From Acidobacteriaceae bacterium (lineage in GTDB: Bacteria; Acidobacteriota; Terriglobia; Terriglobales; Acidobacteriaceae): DNA of 64,000 nucleotides. The stretch covers positions 12,205 to 76,204 of the forward strand of contig DATJNE010000213.1 of the NCBI GenBank assembly GCA_035508305.1. Reading direction: 5' to 3'. Shown here in pieces: positions 1-9,066 of the stretch. Numbering within the stretch: position 1 is the first letter of the stretch; the number at the start of each line of letters is the position of its first letter. The notes under the pieces were generated by a model. The model did not search any database. It saw only the letters and a list, made by a program, of their open reading frames with translations, and was not told where the DNA came from. Both the position numbers and the translations under genes were made by a program.

Positions 1-178
1 GGCATCTCGACACGTGACGACGCTGCCGCCATGCAGTTTCTCATCCCAGGCTGGCGTTTCGATCCGAAGAAGCCCTGCCTTGTCCGCCGGCGATGAGAGG
101 AGGCAGCTGCCACTGCTGGCGGTACCGCCTGAGCACCGAAGTATTCGAAGCAGTGGGAGAAAGGAATCGGCGAATGAA

Positions 179-1576
179 TCAGCAAGACTGTTTTGGTCTC
201 GCCTGAACGACGGGATCGATCCATGGTCCATCGCTCCCTATAAGCTGGCCGGCCTCCTCAGGGCCCCACGTTCCCGGCAAATATGAATAGACAGGGGTGA
301 CATTTCCCAGGACGGGTTCGACGATGCGCCACTGCGCTTCGACCAGATCCTGGCGCGAGAATTGCTCGATATTTCCGCGGCTGGCGTCGCCGAGAAGACG
401 CTCGTAGGGCGGCATATCATCAGCTGCCTGACGGTGGAGATCGAGTTCGACATCGCGGCCCACCATCCTCTCACCCGGAATTTTGACCCGCACGCCAAGG
501 CCGATTGCAAAATCAGGACTGACACGGATGCGCATGTGCGCCGAGCTGCCAGGCACGAGTTCTCCGAATGTCTCCCGCGGCGGGCGCTTGTATTGGACGA
601 TCGCCTCTGTGCAGGTTACGGGCAGCATTTTGCCTGCACGGATATAAATGGGCACGCCGGCCCACCGCCAGCTGTCGATGTGCAGGCGAACCGCAATAAA
701 GGTTTCGACGTTCGATCCGGGAGCGACCCCCGCGATGGATCGATAGCCCTCGTATTGTCCGCGCACCACCGAATCCGGAGTGAGCGGCCGCACTGCCTTC
801 ATCAGCTCGGCTTTGCGATCGCGAACTGCATCGTGATCCTCGCCCGTGGGCGGATCGATGGTGAGGTTGGCGACCACCTGCAGCATGTGGTTCTGCACAA
901 CGTCGAGCAGCGCACCGACGCTGTCGTAGAATCCGCCGCGGTCTTCGACTCCGAAATCCTCTGCCATGGTGATCTGAATGCTGCGAATATGATCGCGGTC
1001 CCAGATGGGCTCGAATACCGGGTTGGCGAAGCGCGTGTACAGGATGTTCTGCACCGGTTCTTTGCCGAGGTAGTGATCGATGCGATAGATGTTCTCTTCG
1101 GCGAAATACTGGTGCAACGTGCGGCCCAGCTCCTGGGCCGATTGCAAATCGCGGCCGAAGGGCTTCTCCACGACGACGCGCGCATTGGTTGCGCAGCTCG
1201 ATTTGGCGAGATTTTCCGCAACCGTCGCGAAGAGGCTGGGCGGAATCGCGAGGTAGTGCAGCGGGCGCTGCGCGTTCCCGAGTTGCTGACGCAGCTCAGT
1301 AAAGGTGTTCGGATCGTTGTAGTCGCCGTCCACATAGCGCAGGAGGTCGAGGAGCTTTTCGAAGGCGGCCGGATCGACCCCACCGTGCTTCTCGAGGCTG
1401 TCTTTGGCGCGGGCTTTCAGTTGGTCCAGCGTCCATCCGGCTTTGGCCACGCCAATGATGGGCAGGGCAAAGCCTTCGTCGCGGATGAGGCCCTGCAGGG
1501 CAGGGAAAATCTGTTTATAAGCCAGATCGCCGGTGGCGCCGAAGAAGACCACCGCGTCGGATTGCACACTCGTCAT
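179..1576 (-). CDS. zwf: glucose-6-phosphate 1-dehydrogenase
   Basis: 465-aa ORF. N-terminal FGATGDLA dinucleotide-binding motif and the RIDHYLGKE signature of G6PD. ATG at 1576. Confidence 0.95.
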   Translation of the reverse strand: MTSVQSDAVVFFGATGDLAYKQIFPALQGLIRDEGFALPIIGVAKAGWTLDQLKARAKDSLEKHGGVDPAAFEKLLDLLRYVDGDYNDPNTFTELRQQLGNAQRPLHYLAIPPSLFATVAENLAKSSCATNARVVVEKPFGRDLQSAQELGRTLHQYFAEENIYRIDHYLGKEPVQNILYTRFANPVFEPIWDRDHIRSIQITMAEDFGVEDRGGFYDSVGALLDVVQNHMLQVVANLTIDPPTGEDHDAVRDRKAELMKAVRPLTPDSVVRGQYEGYRSIAGVAPGSNVETFIAVRLHIDSWRWAGVPIYIRAGKMLPVTCTEAIVQYKRPPRETFGELVPGSSAHMRIRVSPDFAIGLGVRVKIPGERMVGRDVELDLHRQAADDMPPYERLLGDASRGNIEQFSRQDLVEAQWRIVEPVLGNVTPVYSYLPGTWGPEEAGQLIGSDGPWIDPVVQARPKQSC

Positions 1577-1722
1577 CGCAAACTCCAGGTTCAGTTAGAT
1601 GCCGGGGCAGCGCCCCGGTCTCATGTGGGTTGGCGCTTCCTTGAGTCGCTCCGCACACGGTTAGGACGCCGCGTTGGACGCAGGGCACCGCTCCCCTAGA
1701 CGGGAATCTCCCTGTCTGGTTC

Positions 1723-2031
1723 TTATTTTTGTAACGTGCGAATGTAGGCGACTACTTGCTTAATCTGCGCGTCGGTCAGCTGGTTTTTGTAAGCCGGCAT
1801 CTTCCCCTTGCCGTCCTTCGTCGCCTCGATCAGCTGGGACTCGGGAGCCTTGACCAGATCGGGCAACCTGAACGAGGGAACCTTCATCATTTTGGCCGTC
1901 GTCGTTGTGGCTAGGCCGTCTGCGCCATGGCATAGCGCACACTTGGATTTGAAAATCTCCGCTCCGTTGTTTTGAGCGAGAGCCGGGACAGCCAGTGAAA
2001 GCGCGAGCAGCGACAATGCGCCGATTCTCAT
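1723..2031 (-). CDS. small class I c-type cytochrome, exported
   Basis: Signal peptide MRIGALSLLALSLAVPALA followed by a CALCHG heme-binding site (CxxCH). The ORF track extends to 2196, but the ATG at 2031 gives a normal signal peptide. The ATG at 2070 is an alternative start. Confidence 0.8.
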   Translation of the reverse strand: MRIGALSLLALSLAVPALAQNNGAEIFKSKCALCHGADGLATTTTAKMMKVPSFRLPDLVKAPESQLIEATKDGKGKMPAYKNQLTDAQIKQVVAYIRTLQK

Positions 2032-2158
2032 TCGACGATTCACAGTCCTTCTCCTCCCCAGGAAGCTCATTGCGTCCTGCACCCACCAAATTACCAGTGA
2101 GACGGCGCGAAATGACAATCGATGGCAGCCTTGCAAGGTTTCCTGCGGCGAGGCGGCG

Positions 2159-2296
2159 TCACTGCGAGCGCCAGGCAGGATCACGCCGCGTGTCAAAACG
2201 GAGACGGCGCTCGAAGAAACGAACCGCCAGGACGATGAACAGCGCCAGCAATGGGCCGAAGATCCAGCCGAACATACGCTTCATGCCGTTGAGCAT
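2159..2296 (-). CDS. unlisted 45-aa single-TM small protein (MLNGMKRMFGWIFGPLLALFIVLAVRFFERRLRFDTRRDPAWRSQ)
   Basis: Below the ORF-track size cut-off. ATG preceded by GGAGGA at about 5 nt. Third codon positions are mostly G/C like neighbouring genes. One hydrophobic helix followed by a basic tail. Lies upstream of, and co-oriented with, the cytochrome c gene. Confidence 0.45.
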   Translation of the reverse strand: MLNGMKRMFGWIFGPLLALFIVLAVRFFERRLRFDTRRDPAWRSQ

Positions 2297-2503
2297 CGCA
2301 TCCTCCGGTTCGCAGGGCACAAGTCATTCTTCTGATGGATACCACGAGGCGCGACGGCGGTTGCGCACAAGGACTCCTGAGGCGCCCGCAAGGTCACCAG
2401 ATGTACAACAGCGGAAGACGGCATGCAGCGTCGGGGCGCCGCGAACGCGCCGGGAAGCACCGTGGGGTTGTACTTAACCGCCGTTTTCGGTCTGGTTCCG
2501 GCG

Positions 2504-2532
2504 ATGAAAAGGGAAATCGCAGCAGATATAAT
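2504..2532 (+). promoter_or_regulatory. candidate sigma70-type promoter of ilvE (-35 ATGAAA, 17-nt spacer, -10 TATAAT)
   Basis: A perfect TATAAT at 2527-2532 stands out in a GC-rich background, 34 nt upstream of the ilvE ATG. The AAAGGAGA Shine-Dalgarno lies between them. Confidence 0.4.
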
Positions 2533-2565
2533 CGATATTTTGGAGCTGAAAGGAGACGGCAGTCT

Positions 2566-3504
2566 ATGCCCATCCATCCCACCGCCAAAATCTGGCACAA
2601 CGGCAACCTGATCCCCTGGGACAAGGCCCAGATCCACGTGATGAGCCACGTGGTTCACTACGGGTCGTCGGTGTTTGAAGGGATTCGCTGCTACACGCAA
2701 CCGGAGGGAGCGGCGGTGTTCCGTCTGCCTGAGCACATGCAGCGAATGATCGATTCAGCGCGAATTTACCGGATGGCGCTGCCCTGGTCGCTGGATCAGC
2801 TGTGCTCCGCGGTGGTGGAGACGGTGGAAGCGAACGGCATTGCCCCCTGCTACATCCGGCCGATCGCACTGCGCGGATATGGCGAAATTGGCGTGAACCC
2901 GAAGGGGACGCCGATCGAGGTGTTCATTGCGAATTTCCCGTGGGGCAAATACGTGGCAGGAGACGCGGCGGATGTCTGCATCTCGTCGTGGAACCGCCTG
3001 GCCCCGAACACGATGCCGTCGCTGGCGAAGACGGGCGCCAACTACGCGAACTCGCAGCTGATCCGGATGGAAGCCGACATCAACGGCTACGCGGAGGGCA
3101 TTGCGCTCGACGTGAATGGATACATTTCCGAGGGGTCGGGAGAGAACGTCTTCCTGGTGCGGAACAGCGTGCTGTATACGACGCCGCTGGCGAACTCGGT
3201 GCTGTCGGGGATCACGCGCGACTCGGTGCTGACACTGGCGCGGCACTTTGGGATTCCGGTGGTGGAACAGGCGATGCCGCGGGAGATGATCTACATCGCC
3301 GACGAGGTGTTCTTTACGGGCACAGCGGCGGAGGTGACGCCGATCCGGTCGGTGGATCGGATCCAGATCGGCGATGGCGAGCCGGGAGCGATCACGAAGC
3401 AGCTGCGGGATGAGTTCTTCGGAATTGCCAATGGCCTGAAGCCGGATCGTTTTGGGTGGCTGACGCCGGTGCGGGTGGCCGCGGAGCAGCCAGTGACGGC
3501 GTAG
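2566..3504 (+). CDS. ilvE: branched-chain amino acid aminotransferase (class IV)
   Basis: MPIHPTAKIWHNGNLIPWDKAQIHV... with VFEGIRCY and SGITRDSV motifs typical of IlvE. The ATG at 2566 has a Shine-Dalgarno; the longer ORF from 2335 is an Arg-rich non-coding-looking extension. Confidence 0.9.
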   Translation: MPIHPTAKIWHNGNLIPWDKAQIHVMSHVVHYGSSVFEGIRCYTQPEGAAVFRLPEHMQRMIDSARIYRMALPWSLDQLCSAVVETVEANGIAPCYIRPIALRGYGEIGVNPKGTPIEVFIANFPWGKYVAGDAADVCISSWNRLAPNTMPSLAKTGANYANSQLIRMEADINGYAEGIALDVNGYISEGSGENVFLVRNSVLYTTPLANSVLSGITRDSVLTLARHFGIPVVEQAMPREMIYIADEVFFTGTAAEVTPIRSVDRIQIGDGEPGAITKQLRDEFFGIANGLKPDRFGWLTPVRVAAEQPVTA

Positions 3505-3563
3505 GACTGGCTGTCGAGGCAGATGCGCTTCGCGCTAGGGAATCGAAATGGAGTCTTGATGAG

Positions 3564-3589
3564 CGCCCGGCCCAGTGCCGGGCGTTTTT
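3564..3589 (+). terminator. Rho-independent terminator after ilvE
   Basis: Perfect 8-bp GC stem (CGCCCGGC / GCCGGGCG), 5-nt loop, followed by TTTTT. Confidence 0.75.
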
Positions 3590-3657
3590 GTGTCTGGGTG
3601 CGTTTGACGGCGCGGCCGGGGAGACGTATGCCTGGAGTGGAGAGGCGGGAATTGTCG

Positions 3658-5517
3658 ATGGGGTCAGGCGGACGATGGCAGGTTTCGCGCAGGGATTTTC
3701 TGGAGACCGGCGCTCTGGGTCTGGGAGCAGCGGTCGCCGCAAGGCTGGGCCGCGGCGCCGTGCTGGCCGCGGAGACAGCGGGAAGAACGGAGCCGCTGAC
3801 GGAGTTTGGCTACGGCGATGTTGATCTGGCCAGCGATCTGCACGAGACGCAGCTGCGCGAAACGCATGCGGTGCTGATGGCGTTGAGCGACGACAGTCTG
3901 CTGAAGCCGTTTCGGCAGATGTCGGGGCAGCCTTCGCCGGGCGATGATCTGGGCGGGTGGTATCACTACGATCCGAACTGGGATTATCGCAGCGACTGGG
4001 CAGGATTCGCGCCGGGATGCACATTCGGGCAGTGGGTGTCGGCGCTGGCGCGCGGGTACGCGATCACGGGCGACGAAGCGGCGCGCGAGAAGGTGCTGCG
4101 GCTGAACCGGCTGTGGGCGCGGGCGGTGACGGCGAATGTCTTCGTGAAGAATCGGTTCCCGGCGTATACGTACGACAAGATCGTGCTGGGGCTGCTGGAC
4201 GCGCACAGTCTGGCGAAGGATCCGGAGGCGCTGGCGATTCTGGAGCAGACGACGAATATTGCGGTGCCGCATCTGCCGGAGCACGCGGTGGAGCACGATA
4301 CGCAGTGGAGGATGGATCACGACGATCCGTCGTGGACGTGGGATGAGTCGTACACGATGCCGGAGAATCTGTTTCTGGCGTATGAACGGGGAGCGGGGAA
4401 GAGGTATTTCGACCTGGGTCTGCGCTATCTCGATGACAGCAGCTGGTTCGATCCGCTGGCACGGAACGAGAATGTGCTGGCCGGGAGGCATGCCTACAGC
4501 TACGTGAATTCGCTGAACTCGGCGATGATGGCGTATCTGGCAGCGGGCAGCGAGAAGCATCTGCGCGCGGCGCGCAATGGTTTTGCGATGGTGGAGGCGC
4601 AGAGCTATGCCACGGGCGGGTGGGGCCCGGACGAGAAGTTGCGGGCGCCGGGCAGCGGCGACCTGTTTGCCAGCCTGACGGAGACGCACAACAGTTTTGA
4701 GACACCGTGCGGGTCGTATGCGCACTTCAAGCTGACGCGATATTTGTTGCGCGTGACGCGCGAGGCGCACTACGGCGACAGCATGGAGCGGGTGATGTAC
4801 AACACGGTGCTGGGCGCGAAGCCGCTGGAAGAAGACGGGCACGCCTTCTACTACTCGGACTACAACTTTGACGGCGAGCGCGTGTACCACCACGACCGCT
4901 GGCCGTGCTGCTCGGGAACGCTGCCCCAGGTGGCGGCCGATTACCGCATCTGCGCGTATTTTCGCGGGCCGCAGTCGGTGTATGTGAATCTCTATCTTCC
5001 GTCGACGGTGCGGTGGACGGACAGAGGGACTGCATGGTCGTTAACGCAGGAAGGAGAGTATCCCTTTGAAAAACGCATAACCGTGACCGTGACAACTGCA
5101 GGGCCGGCGGAGCAGACGCTGTATTTTCGGATTCCGGGGTGGGCGGAGGGAGCGACGCTGGCGGTGAACGGCACCGAACAGAAGGGAGTAGCGACGCCGG
5201 GGGATTTCGCGGGGGTGCGGCGGGAGTGGAGGAACGGCGACCGGGTGGAGCTGGAATTCCCGCTGAGGATGCGGCTGGAAGCCATCGATGACCAACACGC
5301 GGATACCGTGGCGCTGGTGCGCGGGCCGCTGGTGCTGATGGCGATAAAGCCGGGACGGGAAACCGCGTTGCCGACCGTCAACCGTACTCAGTTGCTCCTG
5401 GCGAAGCGTGTGAGCGAGAGACTGTGGCGACTGGACGCGGCAGGGGGTCCGCTCGGAATGACACCGTTTGTTTCGATCGGAGACTTGCCCTACAGCACCT
5501 ATCTACAGGTGTACTGA
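3658..5517 (+). CDS. glycoside hydrolase family 127-like (beta-L-arabinofuranosidase/DUF1680), Tat-exported
   Basis: Twin-arginine signal SRRDFLETGALGLGAA. Size and the C-terminal WPCCSGTLPQ Cys pair resemble GH127 enzymes. ATG at 3658 with GGAGAGG upstream. Confidence 0.75.
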   Translation: MGSGGRWQVSRRDFLETGALGLGAAVAARLGRGAVLAAETAGRTEPLTEFGYGDVDLASDLHETQLRETHAVLMALSDDSLLKPFRQMSGQPSPGDDLGGWYHYDPNWDYRSDWAGFAPGCTFGQWVSALARGYAITGDEAAREKVLRLNRLWARAVTANVFVKNRFPAYTYDKIVLGLLDAHSLAKDPEALAILEQTTNIAVPHLPEHAVEHDTQWRMDHDDPSWTWDESYTMPENLFLAYERGAGKRYFDLGLRYLDDSSWFDPLARNENVLAGRHAYSYVNSLNSAMMAYLAAGSEKHLRAARNGFAMVEAQSYATGGWGPDEKLRAPGSGDLFASLTETHNSFETPCGSYAHFKLTRYLLRVTREAHYGDSMERVMYNTVLGAKPLEEDGHAFYYSDYNFDGERVYHHDRWPCCSGTLPQVAADYRICAYFRGPQSVYVNLYLPSTVRWTDRGTAWSLTQEGEYPFEKRITVTVTTAGPAEQTLYFRIPGWAEGATLAVNGTEQKGVATPGDFAGVRREWRNGDRVELEFPLRMRLEAIDDQHADTVALVRGPLVLMAIKPGRETALPTVNRTQLLLAKRVSERLWRLDAAGGPLGMTPFVSIGDLPYSTYLQVY

Positions 5518-5534
5518 GATTCGGCACAGAGCCT

Positions 5535-6092
5535 ATGGAGGCGACTTTCGCGATGTTGCTTTGGGCGAGCGCTGCATTGGCGCAGACCGGCAGGTCATCT
5601 ACCATGCCCGCGCGGCCCGCGGCGATGCAGATGACAATCGCAGAAGCTTCCTTAGAGGGAACGGACGGCAAAATCTATGTCAACCGGGCCTGTGCGATCT
5701 TTCCGGACTTGTCGCTTCCGATCACAAACAAGAAGGAAGTGAATGCATATTGGAATTCGTTGGTGTGCCACGTGGAGGGCGCGAACACCTCGGAGCGTCG
5801 CGAGGAGGAGACGAACGGGAATGAGTCGGAGCGGGGAGACGTGGAGATCCGAGAACAGGAGTATGTCCTCGAAAACACCACGATGAGGCCGGAGATCTTC
5901 GCCGTTCTGGAGCGGGTTCCGCGGGGATGGAGGGTGAACTCCGATCCGAAACCAGTGAGGATGGAAGGAGACGTCGCGCTTTTCGAGGTACACGTGCCAC
6001 CGCGAGAGACGGTGCGACTGCATGTCGCAATCAGGCATCAAAAAGAGTTGAAACCAAAGACTTTGTCCGGCGCGCTGCCCGGCGAACCGTGA
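5535..6092 (+). CDS. hypothetical secreted protein
   Basis: Signal-like N-terminus MEATFAMLLWASAALAQ. No motif I recognise. Visibly lower GC than its neighbours. Confidence 0.5.
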   Translation: MEATFAMLLWASAALAQTGRSSTMPARPAAMQMTIAEASLEGTDGKIYVNRACAIFPDLSLPITNKKEVNAYWNSLVCHVEGANTSERREEETNGNESERGDVEIREQEYVLENTTMRPEIFAVLERVPRGWRVNSDPKPVRMEGDVALFEVHVPPRETVRLHVAIRHQKELKPKTLSGALPGEP

Positions 6093-6155
6093 ATTCCGGG
6101 CAGTGATATATGTCACATGCGCGGCTCCTGCGAGACTGCTTACAATAGTGTCATC

Positions 6156-6623
6156 ATGAAAAGCGGCAACCAGCAGACGGTTCGAATCGCCTTGGCGGTA
6201 GTGGTAATCGTCGGAGCGATTTCGTATCTGGCAGTGACCGGCGTTGAGGCGAACAAAAGCTACTACGTCACGATCCAGGAGCTGCAGTCGATGGGCAGCA
6301 AGGCCTACACACGGAATCTGCGAGTAGCCGGAAGCGTGGAGCCCGGTAGTATCGTGCGCGACGGAGCGCATGCCCAGTTCACACTGGTGGAACTGGACCG
6401 GAAGTTGAAGGTTGCCTACACAGGCGATGAGCCGCCGCCGGACACTTTCAAGGACAACAGCCAGGCGCTGGCAATCGGGACCTTTGGGCGGGATGGCGTT
6501 TTCCATGCCACACAGTTGCAGGCAAAATGCGCCTCGAAGTATGCGCCGGCCCAGCCAGGGCAGGCCAAACCGGCGGCAACGCAGACGGCGGCTGTGACAG
6601 CACCGGCATCGCGCGGGCAATAA
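6156..6623 (+). CDS. ccmE: cytochrome c maturation heme chaperone CcmE, Cys-variant (CxxxY)
   Basis: N-terminal membrane anchor, OB-fold-like body, and LQAKCASKY aligning with the canonical LAKHDENY heme-binding segment. Sits directly upstream of ccmA. Confidence 0.8.
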   Translation: MKSGNQQTVRIALAVVVIVGAISYLAVTGVEANKSYYVTIQELQSMGSKAYTRNLRVAGSVEPGSIVRDGAHAQFTLVELDRKLKVAYTGDEPPPDTFKDNSQALAIGTFGRDGVFHATQLQAKCASKYAPAQPGQAKPAATQTAAVTAPASRGQ

Positions 6624-6723
6624 GACAGCGGCCGGCGGTCAGTATTCAGCAATGCGGTATCAGGAATCAGCCCGGTTGAGGTATGCATCCGGGTGGCGGG
6701 AGTAGACTGCGCAGGAAGCGATC

Positions 6724-7449
6724 ATGAACGGCATCATCGCAGAGTTCGAGGAGGTTTCGAAGCTGTACGGCACGTTTGCGGCTTTGCGCAAAGTATCGAT
6801 ACGGTTCGAGCGCGGACGATGCTATCTCGTGCTCGGGCCGAACGGGGCGGGGAAGTCGACCCTGCTGCGCACGTTGGCGGGTTTGCTGAAGCCGAGTTAT
6901 GGGACGGTGCGGGTTTTCGGCTCCTCCGGTGAAACCACAGAGCCGATGGATGCGCGGGAACGGATCGGCTATATGAGTCACGCGACGATGCTGTATGACG
7001 AGTTTTCCGGGGTGGAGAATCTGCGGTATTTCGCCAGCCTGTATCGAGGAAGGGATTGCGTGGCGCCCGAGGAAGCGCTGCGGAGTGTCGGGCTCGACCC
7101 GGCGCTTGCTCGCCCTGTCGGTCTTTATTCGCAGGGAATGAAGCAGCGTGCATCGCTGGCCCGGGTGCTGATTTCGCGGCCGGAACTGCTGCTGCTGGAT
7201 GAGCCATTCTCCAATATGGATATCGTGAGCGCCCACCAGATGCTGCGTCTGCTGGAAATGTTCAGGACCGAACACAGGACGATTCTGCTGACCACGCATC
7301 AGCGGGAACTCGCTGAACCGCTTGCGGATTACGTGCTGACACTGGAGGCGGGGGCGATCGCAAGCCTGGAAGACGGGCCCTACGCGACGCGGGGCGCAGC
7401 GGGGCTGGAGGCGGCGACGGCGGGATCGGTTGCGGGGTCGAGACGATGA
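6724..7449 (+). CDS. ccmA: heme exporter ABC ATPase
   Basis: Walker A GPNGAGKST, ABC signature YSQGMKQR, Walker B LLLLDEP. Assigned to CcmA by its position next to ccmE, ccmB and ccmC. Confidence 0.8.
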   Translation: MNGIIAEFEEVSKLYGTFAALRKVSIRFERGRCYLVLGPNGAGKSTLLRTLAGLLKPSYGTVRVFGSSGETTEPMDARERIGYMSHATMLYDEFSGVENLRYFASLYRGRDCVAPEEALRSVGLDPALARPVGLYSQGMKQRASLARVLISRPELLLLDEPFSNMDIVSAHQMLRLLEMFRTEHRTILLTTHQRELAEPLADYVLTLEAGAIASLEDGPYATRGAAGLEAATAGSVAGSRR

Positions 7450-7982
7450 GCGGCCGTAAAACCAATGCAACGCGGTACCTGGATTCGCTCGGGATCCACT
7501 ATGAGATTCGCGAATACGAGGTCGATCCGGAGGAGTTTTCGGCGGTGACGGTTGCGGAGAAAGTAGGTTTGCCGGCCGAGCAGGTTTTCAAGACGCTGCT
7601 GTGTGTGACTTCGGACCGTCAGCATGTTTTTGCGATCGTGCCCGGCGATGCGGAGCTGGATTTCAGGAAGCTGGCTGCGGCCGCGGGGACGCGCAAGACC
7701 GAGATGGTTTCGCTTAAAGATGTGCAGCCGCTGACGGGATACGTTCGGGGCGGCGTGACCGTGTTCGGTGCGAAGAGAGATTTTCCGGCCTACATAAACG
7801 AGACAGCGGAGCTCTTCGATGTGATTTCGGTGTCGGCGGGATCACGTGGCGTGCAGGTGGTGCTGAGCCCCGTCGACTATCTGCGCGCAGCAAAGGCCAC
7901 GGTAGCGGACCTGACCAAAGAGAGCTCAGAGCGCCGGAGTCGGATCACTGGGGAGCCGGAACGCAGGGAGAAATCGCGATGA
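7446..7982 (+). CDS. ybaK: YbaK/EbsC-type Cys-tRNA(Pro) deacylase homologue
   Basis: Alignable by eye along its full length to E. coli YbaK (QVFKTLL with the conserved Lys, TGYVRGGV). ATGA start/stop overlaps with both ccmA and ccmB. Confidence 0.85.
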   Translation: MSGRKTNATRYLDSLGIHYEIREYEVDPEEFSAVTVAEKVGLPAEQVFKTLLCVTSDRQHVFAIVPGDAELDFRKLAAAAGTRKTEMVSLKDVQPLTGYVRGGVTVFGAKRDFPAYINETAELFDVISVSAGSRGVQVVLSPVDYLRAAKATVADLTKESSERRSRITGEPERREKSR

Positions 7983-8650
7983 AGAGCGCTTACTTCCTGA
8001 TGCATTTGAAGAAAGACCTGCAGCTGGAATGGCGGTCGAAGGACGCGATCAATTCCATGCTTTTTTTTGCGTTGCTGGTGGTGGTGTTGTTCAGCCTGGC
8101 CTTCGATCCTACGCGGTCGGTGAGCCGGCAGATTGCAGGCGGCATTTTGTGCGTGGCGACGATGTTCGCCGCCGTCAGCGCGCTGAACCAGGCGTGGGCG
8201 CGGGAACTGCGCAATCAGGTGCTGGATGCTCTGCGTATGACGCCGGCTCCGGGGGCCTCATTGTTTTTGGGGAAGGCACTGGCGAATTTTCTGTTCGTCA
8301 CCGTCGTGGAACTGGTGCTGGCGCCGGTGTTTGTGATGTTTTACAACCTGCAGGCTTTGGGTAACGGCTGGCTGCTCCTGCTCGTCCTGCCGCTGGGAAC
8401 GTGGGCGCTGATCGTCAATGGCGTTTTCTTTGCGGCGCTTTCGATACGGACGAAGAGCCGGGAACTGCTGTTGCCGCTGCTGCTGCTGCCGATTTTTATT
8501 CCGGCGTTGCTGTGGATGGTGACATCGGCTTCGTCGATTCTGACGGGAGAAGGCAATGCGGTGGCTGCGATCCAGTCACTGGCCGCCTATGATGTGATCT
8601 TCACGACTGCGTGCGTGATGTTGTTTGAAGTGATTTTGCATGCCGAATGA
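7979..8650 (+). CDS. ccmB: heme exporter permease CcmB
   Basis: 223 aa with about 6 predicted TM helices. CcmB-like size and context. Confidence 0.8.
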   Translation: MKSAYFLMHLKKDLQLEWRSKDAINSMLFFALLVVVLFSLAFDPTRSVSRQIAGGILCVATMFAAVSALNQAWARELRNQVLDALRMTPAPGASLFLGKALANFLFVTVVELVLAPVFVMFYNLQALGNGWLLLLVLPLGTWALIVNGVFFAALSIRTKSRELLLPLLLLPIFIPALLWMVTSASSILTGEGNAVAAIQSLAAYDVIFTTACVMLFEVILHAE

Positions 8651-8734
8651 GAGGCTCGACGGCTAGGCGGAAGCCTGCCTGCGGTTTGCAAAATCGAGAG
8701 AAAGGCGCCCGAACGGAGCGCAATACGAAGAGGA

Positions 8735-8935
8735 CTAGTGGTGGTGACGGAGGAAATGGGCAGCGGAAAACGCCACAACCCACAAGGCGACGACAACCGT
8801 GCCTACCGTGAAGATCCAGTTGCGGGCATGACGGTCCTGAGGTGCCAGTGTGGAGGATTTGCGAGTGCCGAAAATCTGGCCGCCGATGCCGATGGTCATC
8901 AGCAGGAGGCCGAGGATGAGGGTGATCCAAACCAT
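8735..8935 (-). CDS. hypothetical 2-TM small membrane protein with C-terminal HHH
   Basis: 66-aa ORF with two clear hydrophobic helices, ending in RHHH. Weak Shine-Dalgarno. Opposite strand to the surrounding ccm genes. Confidence 0.5.
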   Translation of the reverse strand: MVWITLILGLLLMTIGIGGQIFGTRKSSTLAPQDRHARNWIFTVGTVVVALWVVAFSAAHFLRHHH

Positions 8936-9066
8936 GGTCTAACCTTTTTACCCCAATCAAGGTACATGCGGGAAGAGGAAAGAGCGGGATGTTCAGGAGT
9001 AAGGTTTTGGTACAGGCCCGGGATCATGGGCGTGCAGATTTCCAAAGGCGCGGGGGGATGCAAGGG

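Noticed and set aside
1-178. Possible 5' end of another minus-strand gene downstream of zwf (ATG near position 45-50 reading out of the window).
   Set aside because: Only about 15 codons are visible, with no Shine-Dalgarno and no recognisable motif. It cannot be supported from this window.
2335-2565. N-terminal extensions in the ORF track: ilvE from 2335, GH127 from 3523, ptrB from 11191, hddA to 21634, glgE from 49810 and treS from 51747.
   Set aside because: The extensions are Arg/Gly/Pro-rich, lack homology-like motifs, and internal ATGs with Shine-Dalgarno sequences or ATGA coupling give canonical N-termini. They were treated as upstream open frame, not coding sequence.
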